The notes below the pieces were generated by a model that was not told where the DNA came from, did no database searches, and saw nothing but the letters and a program-made list of their open reading frames with translations. DNA of 64,000 bases from Selaginella moellendorffii (lineage: Eukaryota > Plantae > Lycopodiophyta): positions 1 through 64,000 of the forward strand of contig NW_003314318.1 in assembly GCF_000143415.4 (NCBI RefSeq), given 5' to 3'. The position numbers were made by a program, and so were the translations under genes. The stretch's first letter is position 1, and every line of letters begins with the position of its first letter. Of the stretch, positions 37,577 through 50,201 are shown piece by piece.

Positions 37577-38247
37577 GTAAGCTTTCGTGTTTTTCGCTTC
37601 TCTCTGTTGGAGATGATATATGTGGTGCCGAGTGCTCGCGGACACTCCAAGACATAAGGAGATACTTTGAGGAGGAGCAGCACCAGCAGCAATCACAGCA
37701 GCAACCGCAGCTACTGCAACTTCTTCCCCACCTTTGAAGTTTCTATTCATTGCTCTTGAACCCGCAGGATTCCTCTTTGCTATCTGGTCCTATATCCAGC
37801 ACCAGGAAGTTTCCAGCTTGTGCCCCTGGGATTTCTTGCCTCTGAAAGAAAAGTCTCCTGGGTCATATGTTCTCTCAACATCTCTCAATCAAAACGCCTT
37901 ATGCATTCCAATAGAGATCATATTTCCTCGAGGCCTTGACAACCCTCTCGACAAGCTCAACATCGCTAGCATTGTGTTTTCGGCATGATCTCATGGATGA
38001 AGAACAAGCACACGCTGCTTAGAACAGAGATTGTGCATGCTCCTCACCTCCACCCTAATGGGATTGGTTTGCATTTACGACAAAGCACCTTGAAACAGAA
38101 ACGTATGACTGAACGCACGTCCTCGTCCAGAGCAAGCTCAAACTCTCTCCCTCTCGAGAAGAATCCTCTGCGCCTATAAGAAAAGTTAGCGTTAGGGTCA
38201 GTGTTCAGTTTATCTCTAAGCGTAAGAAGTATATACGCAGATCAAGG

Positions 38248-40047
38248 ATGGCGTTTCTGCGAGCGCAGCGCGTTTTGTACATCCATCCCACAGGCGAAGC
38301 GGAACTAGACGAAGGAGTGCTGCGGCACAAGGGGAGGAGAGGTAGGCCAGTTCCCAGCGCTCTGCCCGATGTGGCCGGCCTTCGGGGATGGCTGCAGGAA
38401 GAACTGCCTTCTGTGGATTCGGTCCTCGTTCCCGGCGATGGATGGTACAATCCGGAGTACTTACCAGACGGCCCACTTCCTGTGAGCTTTGCGCTTCATG
38501 TGCGTGGATCCGAAGGTAAAGTAAATGGTCTTTTGCTCTTGGTCTCCGCTCATTCTTGGCGATGGTGATCAGGCAAGCGACGCAGGGACGAAAACACCGC
38601 TGTGACAGTCGCAAGGAGTCAGACGAAGAGGGTGAAGGATTACCAAGTATACGAGCCCATGCTCGTGGAGCCGGATATCCTACTGGGCGGCCGGTCGAGT
38701 ACCATGCTTGTGGCTCTAAAGTGGCTAGCTTTGCTCGAGCGCGAGGCCGCCAAGGTAGACCTTACAAGCCTGAGAGAGCTCAGGCTTGCCAAGGTGAAGC
38801 CAAAGGAGAGCGCCTATTATCCCGGCGTCTTGGCCTTCTTACGAGCTGCTTCGTTTGGTCAGAAAGGCTTGAATTTCGGTGGGCACGGCTTGCAGGGCTT
38901 TATATGCGGCAAGCCAAGCGTTTTGTCGGAAGTGAAAACGAAGGTTTTCTATGCAACTGATAAGGATGAGACGGGTATGGTGGCCAATGCTACGCTGATA
39001 AAGCAGGAAGCAGACTATCTGAAAACGGGAATCGAGGGAACGGATGAGACGGCTCGTCTGGGGTGCCTGTTTTGCCGCATGGACAGGTTCTGGATTGTCA
39101 AGTACCTGCGAGAGACGGATAAGGTTCAGGTGACGCCGGGATTTCCTTTGCCTCTGCAGCTGGCCGACTTCAGTCCGGACTTTGTGCTGATGAAGCTTTC
39201 GTGGCTAAATGAGACCAGCTTGGAGAGCATCAGCCTGAAGGACGTTCTACCTCCTAAACCGATGCCTGGATTCTGTACGTTGGTCTCCTATACGGAGGAA
39301 CTGCAGCGAATGTACGATCTACCGGTGCTGAGTGTTCGTTTCGTGGGATCAAGCACTGATATCCCGCTCTCAGATCTGACGCCGGTGGCTTATGGCAAGA
39401 AGTCTCTTGTGGTGCTCCGACGATCAGCGTTCAATGTCCTCAAGATCTGCTCGCCATCGAGTGCTGAGATGGAGCGACGCATCCATGCAGCATCCGACGG
39501 CCACTCCAACGTGCGGAGGCTTGTGAACTGGGGGATGGTGAGCATTGGGGAGAACAATGACGTGTTTGGCTTTCTGGAGCTCGAGGGCTATGGCCAGCCT
39601 TTGGGTCGGGAGCACATTGCCGACATGGAAGCGATGGATGATATGTGGAATCAGGCGTACCGGGGGCTCAAGCATCTCCATTCCAAGGGTGTTCTTCACC
39701 GGGACGTGAAGCCAGACAACCTGGTCGTGTTTCCGGGCAACGTGCTCAAGATAAACGACTACGATGTGTCGTGCTTCAAAGGCGAGAGCCGTGCTTACAG
39801 CGAGATGGTGGGAACTGTCGGGTACCAGTCTCCTTCTGATATGTTGCCGTATGCGGAGGAGGACGACGTGTTGTCTCTGGCGCTCTCTTTCTATGCTCTC
39901 AAGTTCGGAACGACAACGACTTCGAAAGCGGGCCGGCTCCATATCTTACTCCGAGAGCTGCAGCCGGATGTTTTCCCTGGAGCAATGATCCAGGCAGTGG
40001 AAGAAGCGGTGATGCAACTCAACTTGGAGCTACTCGAAGAAGATTAG
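38248..40047 (+). CDS. Second intact copy of the header-REase-like-kinase gene (580 aa)
   Basis: Intron 38516-38572; three amino-acid differences from copy A. Confidence 0.85.
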
Positions 40048-42504
40048 TACTAAATTTATAAACTGAGCCTGTTGAATGGTTTGTAAATTAAGACCTACTA
40101 TGTTCCTCAAGTGCCATTTGTAGCAACACCCAATAATCACATAGACGTGGATCCCAATATGTCAGAGTCTATCAGGTTGGAGTTGTTTTATTTTGTTTGT
40201 GGTGGGCATGATGTTTTTAGGAGCTGCATTTCGCAGTACATGTTCCATGCAGCACTTCTTCCTTCCCTCAGCTTGCACTTGGCAAGTCTACCACGCGGAT
40301 GGAGGTCGACCCTCCAGCCAGTTTAGCAACACAAGAACAAGGTTGCGGTGGTGGTTGTGGTGGTCGTGCTCGTGTACATTGCCACATAGGAATCCATGTC
40401 AAGCTACAGTTGCACCTGGTGGTGAAGATGTAGAATTGTTTCCTGTTGAACAATTGGAAAACTAATGGATGTATCCAGATGTTCATGGATAACAGGAGTA
40501 CTCCTCCACCAGCATGCTGTGTGGAGTTGATGGAGGATGAATAGTTGGTTTATATTCATTTTCTTTTGTGTTGTTAATGTTACTAAAGTGATGGTCTTCG
40601 TGGATTCAGGTTTAACAATCTCCTCCATTCACTGCTTTATTGTCAATGTTTGGCAACATCTTTATAGTGCCACTTATGCAAGTTTCTAGTCCATTTGAAT
40701 TGGTCATGGGCCATTTTCATAAGGGGGTATCATTATATTGTCATTGTATCTGATTACTTTATTCAGTGGGTTGAAGTGTGTACACCCTGGTTTGAAATCC
40801 TGAGTGTATCCTTTCAACTCAAGATTGTGAAAAGTGCTCAACATTTCCTTTACATATGAATCTCTCTTTTAAAAGTAGGTTTTATTTATAATGATCTTTT
40901 ATATAAAAGTTATTTAAATAGGTTTTAAAATAAATTTCTAAAACTATATTCTAAAAATGATTTATAAAGTTTGTATAAATCTATGAGGTAAGTTCACAAA
41001 ATTGATTTACAAATTTTGGGTTTTTAATAATTATTTAAAATTAAGTTATTTTAATTACAAAAAGGTTTTATGTAATATATTTATAAAGAAGATTATGTTA
41101 TAGTCTATATTATATCATCAGAATATATACTATGTAAAAAGTACAATAGTTGTTTTCAACTAGATAACTTTGTTTATAATTTCATTTTATTGGCTGTATA
41201 AAAAAAAAAAAATTCTGCTACTTGAAAAAGCCATTACAACAACTTAGTTAATTTATTTGCTAAAAGATTATTATATCCACTATAAAACTATAGTTTAATT
41301 CATTTAATTGCTATTGCTTGGTCTGAGAGCCTTTTTTGTTGTCAAGCCATTTATATAGCTCCCACTGTGTAATTTAAGAATCAAATATATAACTATGATT
41401 TAAATATAGTTAATGAGTTTATTATCAAGCTAATTTTATAACTTATTTATTAAGTTTAAAGTATATAGAATAGTTTTTTATAGTTAAAATATTGGTACTT
41501 GCCTTGATTCTAGAATCTAGAAAGTCCTTTATATATACATATTTGAGTATGCTTATTTAATTTAGCTTTATATCTATTTTTTAAATATTTTAATTAAAAA
41601 ATATAGAATTTATTTATATTATTGTTTGTTACCCACACACTAAATTTGTTCAATTTAGCATTAATGGCCTGAAACTTAATTAAATTTTATAATATTAATT
41701 GCCCTAAAATGTTTCACCTAACAAATTTTTATGTTAGAGTTTATAACTTCTTGATTAGTATTTTTGGTTAACACCTTATTCTTTATGATTAAGTATAAAC
41801 ATTATACATTAATTTAAAGATAAAAAATTAATTTAATTAATTTAAAAATATTTTATGATTCATTATAGCTTGATAAACTCTATGAATTTTATGAAAATAA
41901 CTTTTTTTGTATGAATAATTGAAATTAGAATTTATCTAAATCAAATAAATCTATACCTTCAATTGTGAAATTATATATTTCAAAATGCTTTAATTTTAAT
42001 ATATAATAAAATTTATAAATTTAGTAATTTCTAATTCTTAACATTTTAAATCAACACAAGATCATTCAATATATAACATCAATTACTTTTTATAATAAAT
42101 ATTTTATTTTATTTAAAATAATAAATAACTTTTAACTTGAAATATAAGATGAAATACTGATACTACATATATTATTTGTATTAATATAGTTCTTTGCTGA
42201 TTTTGTACAATCTTATTATTACATCCTAAGAATTTTTAATGTTTTATTTTTTACTTTTTTCCATTTTTATCTGGGTCTGGGTTGGTAAATTATAAATTTT
42301 AAAAATAAATTAAAATATAAGAAGAATACAAATATTCTTAATGATAAGTGGTTTATCTTTTTAGATTATTCTCAATATTAACATTTTATGATTAAAATTG
42401 TTTAAGAACTACCGGTAATAGAATATGCTCTTTATGTGCCGTTGTTTCCGATAGATAACGCAGTATTTGAATCAAGGCCTTTAGGGTTTATAGTTTCCAG
42501 CGCC

Positions 42505-44551
42505 ATGGCTACTCTTCAGCTCGCTCTCCAGAAGACATCGAGCATCAAGATGTTTGAGCAGCCGCGTCAAGGTCTGCGAGGGCTCGTTGGAATCGGCAAG
42601 CCGGTTGTGCAGCAGCGGATCGTTCGTCCTCCGGACATCGCCAATCCCAGGGTTGGGGAGAGCTTCACGCATCTCAAGCTCACGGCAGGTGATATTTCGA
42701 GTCTTTTTCGCGATCTAGGCCAGCAATGCGGGCATTCTTTGTCCCTTGATCAGAGAAAATGCTCCAAGAACAAGCGTGCGTCAAGAGCGACCTGGAAATC
42801 GCGGTTTGTATTTGCAATTCCCATTCTCGACAACAGCGTCTTGTTCTGTAGAACTCCAAGCTTGCGAAGGCGGAGGAGGAGCTACGAGCATTGGAAGCGA
42901 AGAACCAGGAAATCTCCAACGAGAATGCCATGCTGAAAGTAAAGCACAGCGAGGACACAAAGCTTTGGACCAGTGTGGAGGCCAAAGTCTCGTCAGCCAG
43001 CGCCTTCTTCGAGCAGATCACAGAGACTCTACACGCTCTTGAGATTCAAGTCCAACAAGGTATCATCTTTTCATCGCTTTGAAAACCATGTTGCTTTGTT
43101 CTAATTCATGTGAACTAGCTGAGGCGACCAAGAAGCTCGTCGAAGAAAGGTTGCTAACCAGGGACGAGGTAATTGAAAAGGACTTGGCAAGGCTGCGGAC
43201 CAGCTTGCAAGAAGCTACGCTAAAGCTCGAGACTGCCGAGAAGAATAGCGAGTACAAGCAGCTGCTGCTCAAGGAACAAGAGTCTGCAGCTCAGAAGATC
43301 GCCACTCTGGAAAAGACGCTTTTGGAAACTCGCAAGCAATCGGAGCTTCAGTTAGAAGCCAAGCAAGCAGACATTGCGAAACACCTCAGGGAGTTATCGC
43401 AGAAGAACGATCAGGTAATCAGCTTTTTCGTTCAGCCTCTTGCATAACATAGCGCTTTTTCTTTCTTGCAGGCGATGCTTGAGATGAAACGCCACGAGGT
43501 GATTAGCCACCAACTGAATCGTTCTCATGTGTATGTTTTTATCCAGATAAACAAGCTACAAGAGAGCCATAAGCAAGCTTTGGAACAGGTTTCTGCGAAG
43601 CATGAGGAGCTTCAATCGAAGTACAACGGGCTCCTTCTGTCCATGAAAAAGGTTCCTGTCAAATATTTGACAAGACTTGCGCAATTTTCTTGTCTTGATC
43701 AGGTGGAGGCGGAGCTCGAGATTGCAAAGGCCAAATTCGGGGAGCTTTCGGAGAGAGACCGCCGGCAGCAGTCGGACTTGGTACTTACAGTGACAAAACA
43801 CGTGACAGGATTTGACGAGATTTCTTTCAGGCTGACAACAAGAAGGAGCTGGAGCTTGTTGCCGTTGAGAAGCGGGAGCTTGAGAAGAAACTCAACGATA
43901 CGGTTGAAGATCTGCAGAAGAAACATATGGCATCGCTTGCACGGGTAGATGCGGAGCTGGAGAGGATCAAGGCCAGAAACGAGGAACTTTTGGAGAGACA
44001 GCAGCAACAACAGGCCGACCTGGTAAGCCTATATGCGCAAGTATGAAAGTTATCACAGATATTCTTGTCTTTGTAGGCCGACAAAAAGAAGGAACTGGAT
44101 CTAGTCTCGCTCGAGAAAAGTGACATCGAGAAGAAACTCAAGGATCAAATCGAAGAGCTGCAGAGTAAACTCGAGAGCCAGATTGAAAAGAAGGCGGCCG
44201 AAGCACCACCTGATGCCAAGAAGACATACGCGAAAAGGAAGAGAGTTCAAAGCACGGCCACAAAGGTAGACGCCTCCTCCTTACGTAGCAAAGCTCTCAT
44301 ATAAAACTTCGTGTCATTTGTTTGCAGGAGGCAACGCCCAAAACCAAGCCCAGAGCTAGCAGCCGAAAGAAGCCGACCAAAAAACAGGTAAACCTCAACT
44401 TCATTCATTAAGTTCGTGAAAAAACAGTGCGAGCATTTGTAATGGACAGATTGTGAGCTTGAATGACGACGATGACGATGACGATGGCAACGATCTGTTT
44501 GGAGAGGGATGCCTAGACCCTTACGCTGACGATCCCTACGCATTCGGCTAG
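42505..44551 (+). CDS. ZYP1: Synaptonemal complex transverse filament protein ZYP1/ZEP1 homolog, 11 exons, about 496 aa
   Basis: N-terminal SFTHLKLTA|EKMLQEQA..KSDLEIA|NSKL..NENAMLKV..DTKLW..VEAK and C-terminal LFGEGCLDPYADDPYAFG* match plant ZYP1 terminal motifs; coiled-coil middle. Confidence 0.9.
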
Positions 44552-44943
44552 TCCCAAAAGGTTCGTAGCCAGCGTCCAGTGGAAAGTTACTTGACTTGGT
44601 GCGTCCCTTGGCAGGATCAAAGTGGAGCAGCCGTGATGAATGACGAGCTGAGAAGCTCCCATTTCTACTCGAGAAAAAAATTCTTCCGTGCAAGGCGAAA
44701 GATTTTGTTCTGGAAGTTTACAGTACGCCACTCACTGTTTTCGTTGATGAAACTTTGTGTACAGGACAAAGGAAAAAGAGAGAACAACCTTCTATTTTGT
44801 TTGCATTGGGGACGAAGCATATGCCGGGGATATTTTAATAAGGGTTAGGGTTCTTGGTCGATTCTTTCTTCTTCCAGGTCGCTTCTTATTCCGGATGGAC
44901 AAATCGCACAGAAAATTTTAGCGGTAGTCACGGTCGATTGATC

Positions 44944-45364
44944 TCATCTGGCGCTCGCATTTTTGCTGTTCTTGGAGGTTTTGAGGCCGAGCATCCGGCG
45001 CAATCCTCGTAGGAACCCGCCGCTCGCTTTCTTGTGACGATCCTCCGCCGCCGCCCCCGCCGCCGCCGCCTTGGTCGGATTATCCCCTGGATTGGCCATG
45101 GCCGCCATGGATTCTTGCACGGGATGGCAAATCTGGCACAGCTTGAGCGATCCCTCGTCGAGATTGAGGCGCTGCGAGACGGTGCCCAGCCATCGGCCAC
45201 ACTGCGCGCACTCGATGGAGAGGATCTCCCCATCGCGCGTCTGGTAGCTGTCGGAGATCCTCACCAGGCGCTTGCTGCTGCGATCCACCTTGTCCAGGGA
45301 CAGCTTCTCCACGCAAGAATGCCGCGGGGGCGCGATCCCTAGGACTCGCGGATGATGATTCTCC

Positions 45365-45396
<32 letters not shown>

Positions 45397-45867
45397 TGCC
45401 AGATCCTCCTCGCTGCTGCTATCGGCGGACACGATCCGGTTGTAGCGCATGGATTGCGTGCGCGGGAGATGGATCTTCGGCTGGTGTTGCTTGAGATTCT
45501 TGACGATGCTGGACACCACGCCCTGATGATCGCCGCTCAGTCCCTGGTGGATTGTCGATTCCCTGGTGGAGCTTGCGCGCCGGAGCTCCGGAACCTCGAT
45601 CTGCCGCTGCGCTACTGCTAGATCGAAATCCCTCCTTGGTACGCTCTCTTCCTCCTTTCTAGCTCTAGCGCCGCCCAGATTATACGCTACCGATTTCTGG
45701 AGAGATGGAGACTCCAGCCTCTCCCGCGTCGATTGCGCTCTCCGCAATCCCGGCCAGGAAGAAATTCGCTGCCGCTGCTCGCCAAGATCATCCGGCTGGA
45801 ACTGGAACAAGCTCGTGTCCCTGTCCGTGTTGTTGCCCACGCCCAGCTTCAAGTACCTCGGTGGCAT
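44944..45867 (-). CDS. Uncharacterised low-complexity protein with C-terminal CxxC...CxxC (putative Zn ribbon)
   Basis: Long GC-rich ORF 44944..45924 with first ATG at 45867; ECAQCGRW..LCQICHP; poly-Ala tracts. Confidence 0.65.
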
Positions 45868-46807
45868 CCTCGCCAAATCGATCGATCGACGAATGGAATC
45901 GATCGCTCCTATATCCTGGAACAAGGCCCAGTCATGAGATTGACGCGAGATTTTTCTTCTCTCGCCATAGCTCTAGCTCGGCGACAGCCCAACAACAACG
46001 TTGAAACGCAGCATTTTTAAGGGGAAAAGCGAGCGCTTGCGAGAAAATAACGGGATGGGAGAGGGATTCACACGTGAAGCAAAGGGGGAGCGATGAATGA
46101 GCTGACAGCCATGTTCCTCACACAGGGATTTAATAGCCCAAGAACAAAAACAAAGAGCCCAGCCAAGGTAGCCAACACACTGCGAGATCTTTTCCATCAC
46201 CGCCCAAGACGATCAAACGCAAGAACGCGAGCAATCCTAGAAAACCCACCTCGATCTCGCGTCAATTCGCCGGAACCCACCTCGCGAGCAACGAGGGGTT
46301 TGATCCGATCAACGCCAACATTTCGCGAGAGACAAAAGATTTTTTCGATCGTTGGCGATGGCGTGCTTTGTCGCTGTTGCTGTGGGTTGTGTGCTCGAGA
46401 TCCTTTCAGGCATTTATTCCCGGGGCTCTACTGTAACCGATCGATCCCACTCCACTCCTCTCATCAATCATCAGACAACGATTAAAAATTGGATGGAGAG
46501 AGCGAAAAGAAATCGGGCACCTCTTTCTTTCTTTCTTTCTTTCTACCTAGAGAGGGATTTCTTGCTTTATCAAAGAGATTCGAATATGCCTGATTCCACT
46601 TAAGTTGGATCTTCCTATGCTAAGCAATGTACCCGTAGGTAGCTTTAGACACAAAAAAGAAAAGAAAATCGACGAGTCAACCTCTTGAATTATATTCCGT
46701 TTGTTGGATTGAATCCTAGACTAGCCGTAGCCGCATCCGTAGCTAGCCGTATTGTACGTGTAAAGTATTATGGAGCTTCGAGCGATGCCGGGGACTTTGA
46801 TTTTATA

Positions 46808-48520
46808 ATGTCCGCCAATGGTTCGTTTGTGGACATTATCAAGTCTTGCGGATATTCCCGGGATCTTTCCCTGGGCCGGGAAATACACGCCAAGGTCAGG
46901 CGCTCGCCGCAGCTCTGCGGGGATGTTTTCCTCGCGAATATGCTCATACAAATGTACGGCAGGTGTGGGAGCCTCTGCGAGGCTCGCGCCGTGCTGGACG
47001 ATTTCGTACGGCCGAATCTTTACTCCTGGAATCTCATGCTCACGGCATATGCCCGGAATGGGCATCTTGCCGATGCGCGGGAGCTCTTTGATGGAATGCC
47101 GCAAAAAGATGCCGTGTCGTGGAATGTGCTGATCGCAGCATATTCGCGGAATGGTGACGTGGACGAGGCAAGTGCGTTGTTTGCGGCGATGCCTTGTCCA
47201 AACGAGGCTACATGTACAGCCATGATCGCGGCATATGCCAAGGCAGGGCAAATTGTCAAGGCAAGGACGATCTTTGATAGTATGCCCCGCCGAGATCTTC
47301 CAACGTGGAACGCCATGCTTGCCGCTTACGTGGCATGTAACCAGGTAGAAACTGCTGATAGAATGTTCAAGACCATGGCTAACCGAGACGTGGTGACGTG
47401 GACTACCATGGTATCGGCATATGCCCGTGTGGGGCATCTGGTAGAGGCAAAGAGGGTCTTCGATGAGATGCCGGGCAAGGACGCCGCGGCGTGTAATGCT
47501 TTGATCCAGGGCTATGTTAGATCTGGAATGCTGGAGCCGGCGCTGGAAATCTTCTCGCTCATGGCGCGGCCGGATGAGATCTCGTGGACTTTGATCACGC
47601 AGGGGCTGGCGCAGGGCGGGCGATTGGATCAAGCGCGAGAGATTTATGCGAGAATGCCGGTGTGGAATGTGATCACCACCACAGCGATGATCGTCGCGTT
47701 GTCCCAGGGCGGACGGATTGACGAGGCGAGGGCGCTGTTCGATCGGATGCCGCGCAGGGATGTGGCGGCCTGGAACGCAATGATCAATGGATATTGCAAG
47801 AACTCGCTGGGAAGGGAAGCTATAGCGCTGTTTAGGGTTCTTGATATGGAAGGCGTGGGGGCGGACAAGAACACGCTCTCCACCGTGCTGGATGCGTGCG
47901 CGGATCTCTCCTGGCTGCCGCTGGGGCGATCCATCCACGCCGCCATGGCGGCCGTGGAATTCGAGATCGACGTGGTGCTGGGGACGGCGATCGTGAGCAT
48001 GTATGGGCGGTGTGGCGATCTCGTGGCGGCGCGCAGTGCTTTCGAGGCGATCGCGGCCAAGAATGTGGTGTCGTGGTCGGCGATCATCGCGGCATACGCG
48101 CACAACGGGCGATCGATCGAGGCGCTGGGGCTCTTCCAGCTCATGAACCTCGAGGGAGTTCTCCCGGTGGAGATCACATTCGTGAGCATTCTCTCCTCGT
48201 GCAGCCACGCGGGGATGATCGCCGATGGGATGGATCTCTTCGCCGCCATGTCGCGAGATTACGGCCTCGTCGCAGGCGCCGATCACTACCCCTGCGTGAT
48301 CGATCTTCTGGGGCGAGCTGGGTGGCTGGCGATCGCGGAGGAGCTCGTCCACAAGATCCCTAGCGCCGAATCGTGGGCGACGCTGCTCGGTGCCTGCAAT
48401 CTCCACAGCGATGCTGCTAGATCGGGGAAAGCCGCGGGGATTGTCTCCAGGAATGATCCACAGCGCGCCTCTCCGTACGTGGTTCTATCTAGTACGGAGA
48501 GGGCATTGACTGTGTTTTAG
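46808..48520 (+). CDS. PLS-class (E-type) pentatricopeptide repeat protein, intronless
   Basis: Repeated SWNxMxxAY..GH..AR..FD.MP motifs; E-domain WATLLGAC..H and SPYVVLS. ORF 46685..48520, first ATG 46808. Confidence 0.93.
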   Translation: MSANGSFVDIIKSCGYSRDLSLGREIHAKVRRSPQLCGDVFLANMLIQMYGRCGSLCEARAVLDDFVRPNLYSWNLMLTAYARNGHLADARELFDGMPQKDAVSWNVLIAAYSRNGDVDEASALFAAMPCPNEATCTAMIAAYAKAGQIVKARTIFDSMPRRDLPTWNAMLAAYVACNQVETADRMFKTMANRDVVTWTTMVSAYARVGHLVEAKRVFDEMPGKDAAACNALIQGYVRSGMLEPALEIFSLMARPDEISWTLITQGLAQGGRLDQAREIYARMPVWNVITTTAMIVALSQGGRIDEARALFDRMPRRDVAAWNAMINGYCKNSLGREAIALFRVLDMEGVGADKNTLSTVLDACADLSWLPLGRSIHAAMAAVEFEIDVVLGTAIVSMYGRCGDLVAARSAFEAIAAKNVVSWSAIIAAYAHNGRSIEALGLFQLMNLEGVLPVEITFVSILSSCSHAGMIADGMDLFAAMSRDYGLVAGADHYPCVIDLLGRAGWLAIAEELVHKIPSAESWATLLGACNLHSDAARSGKAAGIVSRNDPQRASPYVVLSSTERALTVF

Positions 48521-48565
48521 GGTTCTTGGCGGGGGAGGAGAGGTAGGCAGGCACTGGCACTGGCA

Positions 48566-49395
48566 ATGGCAATGGCGCTGGCTCTGGCACTCGCGGCGCT
48601 GCTACTGGCGTCGATTCGATCGGCCGATGCGCTCTCCATGACGGTGTACAGGACCGAGTGCGTCCAGGAGCACGTCGAGTATGCGAACGATATCGTCACG
48701 GGGAACTTCGTTGTGGTGGATCACGAGATCTTCTGGGCCTCGGATCATCCAGGGATCGACTTTGTGGTAAGCTCATCTCTTGTAGAAACATTTAGATTTC
48801 TCATTTGGATTTCTTTCGCAGGCCACTTCTCCGGCGGGAGTCATTGTCTCTTCGATCAGGGGGTCCGCTGGAGACAAGTTTTCCTTCACGGCTGCCATGC
48901 CAGGGCTGTACAAGTTTTGCTTCCACAACACTGCTCCCAGCCCCGAGACTGTGGATTTCTATATCCACGTTGGTCACATTCTAAACGAGCACAACCTCGC
49001 TAAAGACGGTAAGATTTTGTTCCTTAGACACCGAATACTTAGTTTTTCGTGTCTCTTTTCTCCAGAGCACCTCAATCCCGTACACGTAAAGATTTCGCAG
49101 TTGAAGGAGGCCCTGGAATCACTAATGGCAGATCAGCACTACCTCAGATCGCGAGTGGAGCGGCACCATAACAGTAAGCTCTGCAGTGCATTTGTCTCAT
49201 TTTTCTCGTTTTCTTGTTTCTTCTTCTTTTCTGAGAGAGACGTGCTTTTACTTTTTTACAGCGAACAGGAGCACTCAAAAGAGGCTCCTTTTCTACACTA
49301 TTGGCGAGTACCTGGCCCTGGCCGCAGCCAGCGTAACCCAGGTTCTCGTCCTAAAACACTTGTTCAATAGGAAGATTGGCTACACCAAACTGTGA
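48566..49395 (+). CDS. p24/emp24/gp25L (GOLD domain) cargo receptor, 4 exons
   Basis: Signal peptide, ECVQEHV..GNFVVVD, GLYKFCFHN, coiled coil, transmembrane segment, tail HLFNRKIGYTKL*. Confidence 0.92.
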
Positions 49396-49692
49396 GATGT
49401 TAGAGATAATCGTGAATAAGACATAAGGTGAAACTTTGTGTCTGGGACGATTCTTTGGTTTTGTTTCTTTCCTACTATTCATGCAGGCGTGAACCAACTA
49501 ATGGTGTTTTGGTATCTCTCGTGCTGGAGCCATCAGGTTTTGTGGTACGGAGAAGATTTCTATATGATTCAACAGCCGTGGGCATCGTCTCAGCGTGAGC
49601 CGAGTCAGGTACCTTTATAAGTTTCGTCGTACTTACGGTCCCATCTTTGTAACAGCAGTCGCAAGTGGGAGGCTCGGGCGTACGAGTTCTTT

Positions 49693-50201
49693 TCACGCAA
49701 CGGAAACCATCCTCAGCGAGTGAGTGATTGAGGGAGCTGCAAAGGGAGCGTTGGCTGGTGGGTGGATATCACATTGAAGTCCAGGTTCCTGTACTTTGAT
49801 GGGAGAATGCATGCATTTTGGACTGATAGGTGTGTTTGTGATCGTTTGGCTGTAGCAGCAGGGAAAGGTTCGACTGCCGCTGTCGAAACCAAAGCAAGAT
49901 AGAGCAGTTTTTGACGCGTTCGGCTCGGCTCGCTGGGATGAGAGGAAGATCAGCAAGGGAAAAAAGAGAGCGAGAACAAAAGAAGCTGGAGCCCGCCAGA
50001 GGAAGAACACCCAACGGAGCTTGTCAACAAAGCGTAAAATGGATGCTGGAGGACGCGAGCAGTTTCGTCGCTTGCATTGTCGGACAAGCGTCGAGAGATC
50101 CGGTACGAGCACTGAGAGAATTTTGTCTTGGACGAGGACTAAAAAGAGAGCGGTGGAATCATGGCGAGAGACTTACAGGGCCAATCGATCGATCGCGCCA
50201 T
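49693..50201 (-). CDS. Possible small spliced orphan gene
   Basis: ATG at 50201 and a 65-nt GT-AG intron (50112-50176) splice in frame into ORF 49693..50112; no recognisable motif. Confidence 0.25.

Larger units (their letters stand above)
26614..41312. repeat. Segmental duplicate, copy C (complete cassette plus a gypsy insertion)
   Basis: Colinear with copies A and B; both ends are defined by the TGCT junction seen at 9141-9144. Confidence 0.92.

Noticed and set aside
41313-42430. Extremely AT-rich 1.1-kb block
   Set aside because: No TIR, TSD, ORF or periodicity discernible; left unannotated.
46721-48406. 561-aa antisense ORF over the PPR gene (similar ones over 59778-61775 and the kinase)
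   Set aside because: Shadow ORFs expected from GC-rich codon usage; no motifs.
49720-49840. miR319/159-like words (TTGGACTGA, AGGGAGCT)
   Set aside because: Matches are partial, in the wrong order, and I see no pairing hairpin.
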